From Octopus vulgaris (Eukaryota), in contig OX597822.1 in NCBI GenBank assembly GCA_951406725.2, positions 26,908,001 to 26,972,000 on the forward strand: DNA of 64,000 bases, written 5' to 3'. The notes under the pieces were generated by a model. The model did not search any database, had not been told where the DNA came from, and was given only the letters and a program-made list of their open reading frames with translations. Both the position numbers and the translations under genes were made by a program. This document shows, in pieces, positions 56,679 through 64,000 of this stretch. Every line of letters starts with the position of its first letter. The first letter of the stretch is position 1.

Positions 56679-56829
56679 CTATAAATAAAAAAAAAAGGAG
56701 AAGAATTAGAAGGAGAGTAGGAAGGAGAAGCAACGAATGTGGAGAAAGTGGCAGGTCAGGTAGAATTTAAATGTGGTTGTACAGGTTAAAAAGACAATAT
56801 ATATATATATATAAATATGTATATATATA

Positions 56830-57088
56830 CTGTTGTGTCTGGGGAGAGTCATTTTCTTTTTGTGCCTTATAATGTAGCACACTCACCGGTAAAATTTCCA
56901 CTTATTCCATATTTCTATTTTCCTAAAATTTTCGTTGCTCTTGCAACCTTTCCAATAAGTAGAAATTTTACCGGTGAGTGTGTTACCTTATAAGGCACAA
57001 AAAGAAATGACTCACCCCAGACAACAGAATATGATCCAACACACAAACTCATATAAAGAATCTTGCAAAGTAAATCCCAAAACGAAAT
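56830..57088 (+). mobile_element. Inverted repeat (about 75-bp arms, 47-bp spacer) + tail in (TA)n; spacer holds a hammerhead-like 3' half
   Basis: Arms 56830-56906 and 56954-57027. The minus-strand spacer reads GTTGC AAGA GCAAC-GAAAATTTTA-GG. Confidence 0.7.
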
Positions 57089-57169
57089 ATATATATATAT
57101 ATGTACATCCAACTCTATTCCCCATTTTTTTAGGAGCGGGTAACTACAACAAGACACATCAAGCATTCC

Positions 57170-57910
57170 ATTCATTTCTGAGCTCAAAGAGGCGAGCCCT
57201 GTTCTATGCTCTGGTCAAATCATAGAATGCAACCCCCAATATCAGCAGCGGGGCCTGACAGCATATGCTGGTTTACCCCTGCCACATCATGCTGGTCCTG
57301 TACCCCTTTGAGCAACATCAAATTCCCTCATCCATCTACAAACACTCTCCAAGCTTTTCTATCATTTATAAACTCTATTGCCTCCAACATTAATCACCAA
57401 AGCTTTCCTCACTCCATCCATCCACACAAACCAAGGTCTGCCTCTGGTTCTGCTGCTTACCACTTCTGCTTTCATCACCCTCCTTACCATCTGCTCCTCA
57501 TCCATTCTCTCCATGTGGCCAATCCACTTCAACATTCGTCTATCCATTCTGGTTGTTAGATTTTCTCTCATGCATGCTTGTCTTCACACCTCCTCATTCC
57601 TCATCCTGTCCATCCATGTCACACCAACCATGCCCCTGAAACATCTCATCTCAAACACATCTGGTCGACTCCTTTCCGCTTCTCTCGGACCCCACATCTC
57701 TGCACCATATAACATTGTCAGCACAATCACACCCTCATACACACCTCTTTTCACCTTCATACTCAACCTTTTATCTCTCAGCATACCTTCCACAACTCCA
57801 AGTATCTTACTCCCCTCCCTCACTCTATATCTCACTACCTCAGCCAACCCTCCCCCATCCACCAACATCTGATCCTAGATACTTAAAAATCCTCACCTCC
57901 TCTAACATGA
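57170..57910 (-). mobile_element. RTE (BovB-like) LINE, RT C-terminal fragment
   Basis: LEEVRIFKYLGS..VYEGVIVLTMLYGAEMW..FEMRCFRGMVGVTWMDRMRNEEV*..LKWIGHMERM..RTRGRPWFVWMDGV, with a frameshift and a stop. Confidence 0.92.
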
Positions 57911-58344
57911 CAATCAGAAAAAGACAAACAGAAAAGCAAAAATAGTGCAGGCATCATGAAAGAAATATTTCAAAGAAAATAAGTAAAAATGGAGACAATA
58001 TTGGGTTCTAATTTTGGCACAAGGCCAGCAACATGGGGTGAGGGGGTTTGTCGATTTCCTTGACTCCAGTACATGACTGGTATTTATTTTATTGACCGAA
58101 AGGTCAAGATCACTGCTATCACTCCTGACTAAAAGATAACCAAATTCGCTTGTGATGGGACTCATAAGTTTTAGTCCATTCTTTATTTCCCTTCTACGCA
58201 TTATTGCTCCTTATTGTGTTCTTGGACATTTTCAACATTTCATCATTTGATCACTAAAACAAATCATTTGTACAGGTCGTTCGGAAAAAAAAACTGAACG
58301 TTCATATGTCATCTTCATATATACATGAGAGTCCATCATATATA

Positions 58345-58452
58345 CATAGTCTGATCAATAAGTATCCGGACTGTTGCCATAGTAACGAAGCTAAAGCATG
58401 CAGAGTGAAGCCGTTTGGCACAGATTGACCTTAAACTCTGTTGTGCATGTGC
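58345..58452 (+). mobile_element. Mariner 5' end fragment
   Basis: GTCTGATCAATAAGTATCCGGACTGTTGCCATAGTAACGAAGCT, near-identical to the sequence from 59479. Confidence 0.75.
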
Positions 58453-58567
58453 AGAATGAACTCAGAATATAAAAAAGACAGTTTGAATGCCTCCAAGCAA
58501 TTTACCTGGTGTGCTTATGATTCTGCCGGCTCATTGTCTTAAAAAATTGGAGGCAATATAAATATGT

Positions 58568-58955
58568 ATAGCTGTGTGGTGAGGAAGCTTGCTTTGTAAT
58601 TGTGTGATATTGGAGTCATTCCCATTACATGGTGCCTTGATCCCATGTCTTCTAGTACACTGCTAAGCTAACCAATTCCTTGTGAGTAAATTTGGTACGT
58701 GGAGGGTGTGTGGAAGCCAATCTCGTGTGTGTGCGCGTTTGTGTGTGTGTTTGTCTCGTTGCTTGACAACCATTGTTGGTTTGTTAACATTCTTGTAACT
58801 TAGTGGTTCGGCAAGAAATTGATAGAATAAGTATCAGGCTAACAATAAATACCTAACAAATGAGTACCAGGCAAATATAAGTACTGGGGTCAATGTCTTG
58901 AAGGCAGTGCTCCAGCATGGTCTGAATCCAAGCACTGAAACAAATGATAAAAGTT
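58568..58955 (+). mobile_element. Decayed family A SINE
   Basis: GCTGTGTGGTGAGGAAGCTTGC..TTGACAACC..GATAGAATAAGTA..CCAGCATGG. Confidence 0.75.
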
Positions 58956-59012
58956 AATGACTATTGTTGTTGCTGCAATTATTTCCTGTTGCCATATACA
59001 TATACATACATA

Positions 59013-59103
<91 letters not shown>

Positions 59104-59163
59104 ATATATATATTTATACATATATATCTGTAATATAATATGTGTCAATTATTTGATTGTCAT

Positions 59164-59224
59164 AATAACACTCCGAGTTTCGGATGTCGGGACGGAAATC
59201 TGCTCCAGCATCTCATCAGTTATT
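59164..59224 (-). ncRNA. Type I hammerhead motif (intact CUGAUGA, H17=G)
   Basis: AATAA-CTGATGA-GATGCTGGAGCAGATTTCCGTCCCGACATCC-GAAA-CTCGGAG-TG-TTATT. Confidence 0.75.
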
Positions 59225-59291
59225 GAGACAAACGAAAATGCTATGAAAATGATCGTTTAATGGCCATTTTCATAGCATTTTTGTTTGTCTT

Positions 59292-59352
59292 AATAATTGA
59301 TGAGATGCTGGAGCAGATTTCTGCCCCAACACCCGAAACTCGGAGTTTTATT
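59292..59352 (+). ncRNA. Type I hammerhead motif (C3>U, H17=U)
   Basis: AATAA-TTGATGA-GATGCTGGAGCAGATTTCTGCCCCAACACCC-GAAA-CTCGGAG-TT-TTATT. Confidence 0.7.
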
Positions 59353-59434
59353 ATGGCAACTGAATAAGTGTTACATATATTACAGATAAATTCCTCTATT
59401 TACATAACATTCTTTTGTTGTCATACTATTACTA

Positions 59435-59474
<40 letters not shown>

Positions 59475-59478
<4 letters not shown>

Positions 59479-60040
59479 GTCTGATCAATAAGTATCAGGA
59501 CTGCTGCTATAGTAACGAAGCTAAAAGCATGCAGAGTGAAACCGCTTGCCACAGATTGACCTTGAACTCAGCTGTGCATGTGCACCAAGTATTAACGTTC
59601 TAGTTCACTTCTACTCTTCACAGCAGTGCTTGGAAGCAGGTGTGTAGCGCGTGATCGCCGGATTGACCACGACAGAGAAAGTTGTCATGGCAATACCTGC
59701 TCAGAGGCCTACGCAAAGTTGCAGAAAGAGTATGGAGAGGAGTGTATGAGCCGCACACGAATGTACAATTGATTCTGACGTTTCCAAGATGGCCGAAAAA
59801 ATTTCGATATTGACGAATGTTCTGGGAGACCCAAAACATCACAGGTGTGCGTACAGCTGTGAGGGGAAATTGTCAAATCACCATCCGCGAGTTATCAGAG
59901 ATTGTGCAGATTAGTTACGGTTCAGTTCAATTCTTTATCACTAAAGACTTGGGTGTGAGACTCGTGTCTGTCGAGTTTGTGTCAAAACTGCTTTCAGCTG
60001 ACCAAAAAGGCTCTCGGGTATCAGTTGCACAAGAATATCA
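59475..60040 (+). mobile_element. Mariner 5' half with degenerate transposase N-terminus
   Basis: TIR-like TGAGGTCTGATCAATAAGTATC follows (TA)n. Encodes EAYAKLQKEYGEECMS..RFQDGR..SGRP..QITIRELSEIVQISYGSV..FVSKLLSADQK (HTH region and WVPxxL-like motif). Confidence 0.88.
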
Positions 60041-60149
60041 GTCCTACGATGAGAAGCGGTTGCTAGCTCTTTGCTCAGCACTTTCATTATTTCTGGAGAA
60101 AGAATCACTGAGTGACCTCATGGCACAACTTAGGATTTTAAGATAGAGA

Positions 60150-60186
<37 letters not shown>

Positions 60187-61077
60187 CTAGTACTTCATTG
60201 GCACTTTATTTATTGACCCAAGAAGAGTGAAAGGCAAAGCTGACCTCCACAATTTTAAAACTCAAGTGTGCAGAGGACTGAAACATATGCTGTAAAGCAT
60301 TTTATTTGATACTTTAACGACTTCTAATTCATGTTTTTTTACCCACCTAGTCTTGTGTTACATCCCTTAAATATTCATCCTGTTGACTAATATGTCTCTT
60401 CTCTGGAGAAGTGCTATCCCGTTCAAAGTTTTATTGTATCCCATTCAAAAGTTGTTGACCCATTGTTAAAGAGAAGCTTCAACACGCTGTTACTGGTTTG
60501 TCATGCTTGTTGTTGATTTGTCAGTCTGTCTGCATTGGTCAATTGCAGCTTCTGCTGGTGCCAAATAAAGAGCATTCAGTCCACTCTGCGGAGTGGTTGA
60601 TGTTAGGAAGTCATAAAAATTGTGCCAAAACGAACACAGAAGTCTGGTGTAGTCTTCTGCCTAGCCAGCTCCTGTCAAACCGTCTAACCTATGCCAGCAT
60701 AGAAGACGGACGTTAAACGACGACGACGATGATGATACTAGGATGCTCTTGTGATCAAGTGGTTCATCTTGGTCACCAGCACCTATCAATTGTACTCTAA
60801 TAATATATCAGTTTGACAGACGATTATTAGCTGATTATTGGTACTCTGAGCAGAATGCTTGAGACAAAGAATATAACATGGAATATATATTATCTGTGAA
60901 ACTTTTGACAAACTAAAAATCTCTATTGTAGACAATATGAAACTCCGATGTTCACACATTATAGATATCAAGAGCGTAAATAAACTGAAATAACTTTTAC
61001 ATAAAATCGAAACTACAATGACCAGTTGACTCATTGGAATTCTTTTCTTGCTGTATAGCATTCACTGATGATTGATA

Positions 61078-61468
61078 GGCGCAGGAGTGGCTGTGTGGTA
61101 AGTAGCTTGCTTACGGACCACAGGGTTCCGGGTTCAGTCCCACTGCGTGGCACCTTGGGCAAGTGTCTTCTGCTATAGCCTCGGGCCGACCAAAGCCTTG
61201 TGAGTGGATTTGGTTGACGAAAACTGAAAGAAGCCCGTCGTATATATGTATGTGTATGTATATGTTTGTGTTTGTGCCCCCAACATCGCTTGACAACCGA
61301 TGCTGGTGTGTTTACCTCTCCGTAACTTAGCGGTTCGGCAAAAGACCCCGATAGAATAAGTACTAGGCTCACAAAGAATAAGTCCTGGGGTCAGTTTGCT
61401 CGACTAAAGGCGGTGCTTCAGCATGGCCACAGTCAAATGACTGAAACAACTAAAAGAGTAAAAGAGTA
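61078..61468 (+). mobile_element. Full-length young tRNA-derived SINE family A
   Basis: A-box-like TGGCTGTGTGG and B-box-like GGTTCAGTCCC, central CCTTGGGCAAGTGTCTTC, (AAAAGAGT)n tail, CpGs retained. Confidence 0.92.
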
Positions 61469-63077
61469 TTTAATAATCCGAAACATATGTCCATAGGCGC
61501 CCCTTGCTTGCCGACAGAGATAACACCACGCTGTTCTTTGTCTTACTATATGAATTAATGCAAAAAATTAATTCTTAATTTCATTAAATTGTCTCCTTCG
61601 GTGAGACTCGCTAATAATTGTCATCAAGATTGTGTTCTTTTTCTTCAACTAAGAAAGGAAGATCAGTGGAGATATTTTGAAAACGACATTGTGTGTATCA
61701 TCCTTTAATACAGTTCATATCGTTCGTGCATCGGGTAATATGCTCAGCACGTCATTATGTTCAAATTCCTCCAGGATCGAATTTGCCTCTTTATACTTTG
61801 GGAGTCGATAAAATAAGTACCAGTTGAACTGAGGGATTCATGTAATTGAGTTACTTCCTCCCATTAAACTGATGGTATCGTCCAGCATTTGAAACCAATG
61901 TAGTTCGTATCGTTTTGTATGTATATATATACATGTACATACATACTGCACACACACACACACACACACGTGTGCGTGTGGTCTGACGAGTAAGTAGAAG
62001 TTTCGAATTCCGTGACAACCTTTTCCTTGTAAAAGTTTAATAAACGTCCTCTACTAAAAAGTATTCAGTAATCCTTCAACTTAATTTAAATTGCTAAAAC
62101 ACACACACACATATATATATGTATATATATATCATCAAAATAAGCAACAAGGATATCCAGAGGTAATGCAGTACGATCGTTTCATGGGACTCCATTTAAT
62201 TGAACAATGCAAATATTACATTAGTTTTAAAATGTAGAGCATTGATTGTAATCCCCCCCTTTTGAATTATATAGATAATACCATACCAAATTCTGGTGCC
62301 TTTAACTTAAGTACCATATTCAACTGAATCTAAATTTTACTGAACTTATATACACATATAAGTAATTGAGGATATGTTTCTTAAACATTTACAAGGAATA
62401 GTTTGTCACGGACTTCGAAACTTCTGCAAAAGGTTTTACATTTTTGTAGGTTGGACTGGAGATTATGACCCGCCGAAACAACATCTGTATATTACTGCTA
62501 CTTATTTTATCGAATTGCATGTCGGTTAAAAAGACAGACTTGATTTCTGCAGTCACTGAGTGAAAGACTGGGAAAGAGAATGCGAGAGAGTGAGGGGGTG
62601 AGGGATGGGGCTGAAAGCTCAGATGTCGGCCAGTTTGACATGGCAATCTTCGATACTCTTATTTTAAAGGTCATTAGCAGAACATTCCTGTTGATTTTTC
62701 CGCAAATGAAAATAAATTGTTCTTTTATAAGGTCAGTTTATTCAGCTGATATGAATATCACATCAGAGGTCAGTAGAAACAGGAAGCATTTAACGTCCAA
62801 ACATTCAGAAGCTGCCAATATTTTATACATTTTGAGCTGGAGTCAACTTTGAAAATTATTATCTTTTCACAGACTGATAAAACAAGTATTAGCCATGTAG
62901 TAAGATGAAAATAATAGACTTTTCTCCAAAACATAACAATTTTATGATCTTGTGCTGTTCTAGAAAACTGTTTATAAATATTGATACCCCCGCTTAAGTC
63001 TTGTAATTGCCGTCTGTGATATAAGTATCAGCTGAATGAGTGAATTCAATGGAATATACAAAAAAGCTACACACACA

Positions 63078-63257
63078 CACACACACATATATATATATGC
63101 GACAGGCTTCTTTCAGTTTCCGTCTTCTAAATCCACTCATAAGGCTTTGGTCGGCCCAGGGCTATAGCAGAAGACACTTGCTCAAGGTGCCACGCAGTGG
63201 GACTGAACCAGGAACCATGTGGTTGGGAAACAAGCTTCTTACCACACACCCACGCAT
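63078..63257 (-). mobile_element. Family A SINE 5' half
   Basis: Reverse complement of 61078-61240. Confidence 0.85.
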
Positions 63258-64000
63258 CGAGAAGAAGTTAGAAGTTTGGATATTTCTTTATTAGCTCTTT
63301 TATTCGTTTAAAGGAACTCTTCAAGACAAGAATTTAAATCGAAATTAGAATTTTAATTCTTTTCTTGAAGAATTAAACGAACGAAAGCGCTAATAATAAA
63401 GAATTATCCAAAATTCTGGCTACCTCCTTTTTTCCTCGATATACAATATCTGTACACCGCTTTAAACACACACACACACACGCACACGAAATCATCGAAA
63501 TTGCTTTGTATTCTCAGTCAGAATTTGTTCTTAACGTTTCCTTGTTTCTTCTCGGCATACGAAACATGCAGGTTGGAAATAGAGGTTTGCTTCAGAAATA
63601 AAACACGTTTATAGATTTATCAGAATTGGAGACTCAAAGACGGCGAAGCTAACAAGAAACGCTTGTTGCAATCTTCTAAAAATATTTACGCGGCCAATGT
63701 TATTAACAGCTTCTGGACCAGACAATCAATAGCCTTCACGAAAGATAAACGGCTGCACATTCACACACACAAACACACACACGGATACATATACATATAC
63801 GCGTAGACTGGTGCCCACTCGCTCACAAATTTTAAAATCTAATACCACATATACACACATATGCATACACAGACTCTCATACATTAATTACATTGGGGAG
63901 GAACGTAGTGGAGGAACAGAGACGAATATATTCTTATTCACATATATTTCGCTCCGTATGTACATATTACGCTTGAACAATCGCGCGCGAGAACACACTC

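Larger units (their letters stand above)
59125..59438 (+). mobile_element. Inverted repeat (about 125-bp arms) + tail in (TA)n, each arm carrying a hammerhead motif
   Basis: Arms 59125-59251 and 59265-59388 with a 13-nt spacer. Confidence 0.8.

Noticed and set aside
57378-57872. 164-aa + strand ORF
   Set aside because: Antisense shadow of the RTE RT fragment.

Overview
Very AT-rich, repeat-dominated animal genomic DNA, intronic or intergenic in character. The tRNA-headed SINE families, RTE LINE remnants and dense (TA)n/(CATA)n/(AAT)n microsatellites suggest a coleoid cephalopod such as Octopus; this is an inference, not a database result. No intact protein-coding gene is visible, and almost all ORF-track entries are microsatellite read-throughs. 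Supported features are: an internally deleted mariner nested in a stack of TTAA-flanked piggyBac-type MITEs, other mariner remnants, L1/Tx1, RTE and possible Gypsy relics, dozens of SINEs (many in head-to-tail arrays), and one good plus a few weak host-exon candidates. The most striking structure is a set of about 10 short insertions in or beside (TA)n and related tracts, built as long inverted repeats plus a one-sided tail, or carrying ribozyme motifs. Many contain whole or partial type I hammerhead ribozyme motifs with variant cores, self-complementary helix III and sometimes enlarged helix II. The best explanation is non-coding ends (pLTRs) of several distinct Penelope-like retroelement families.
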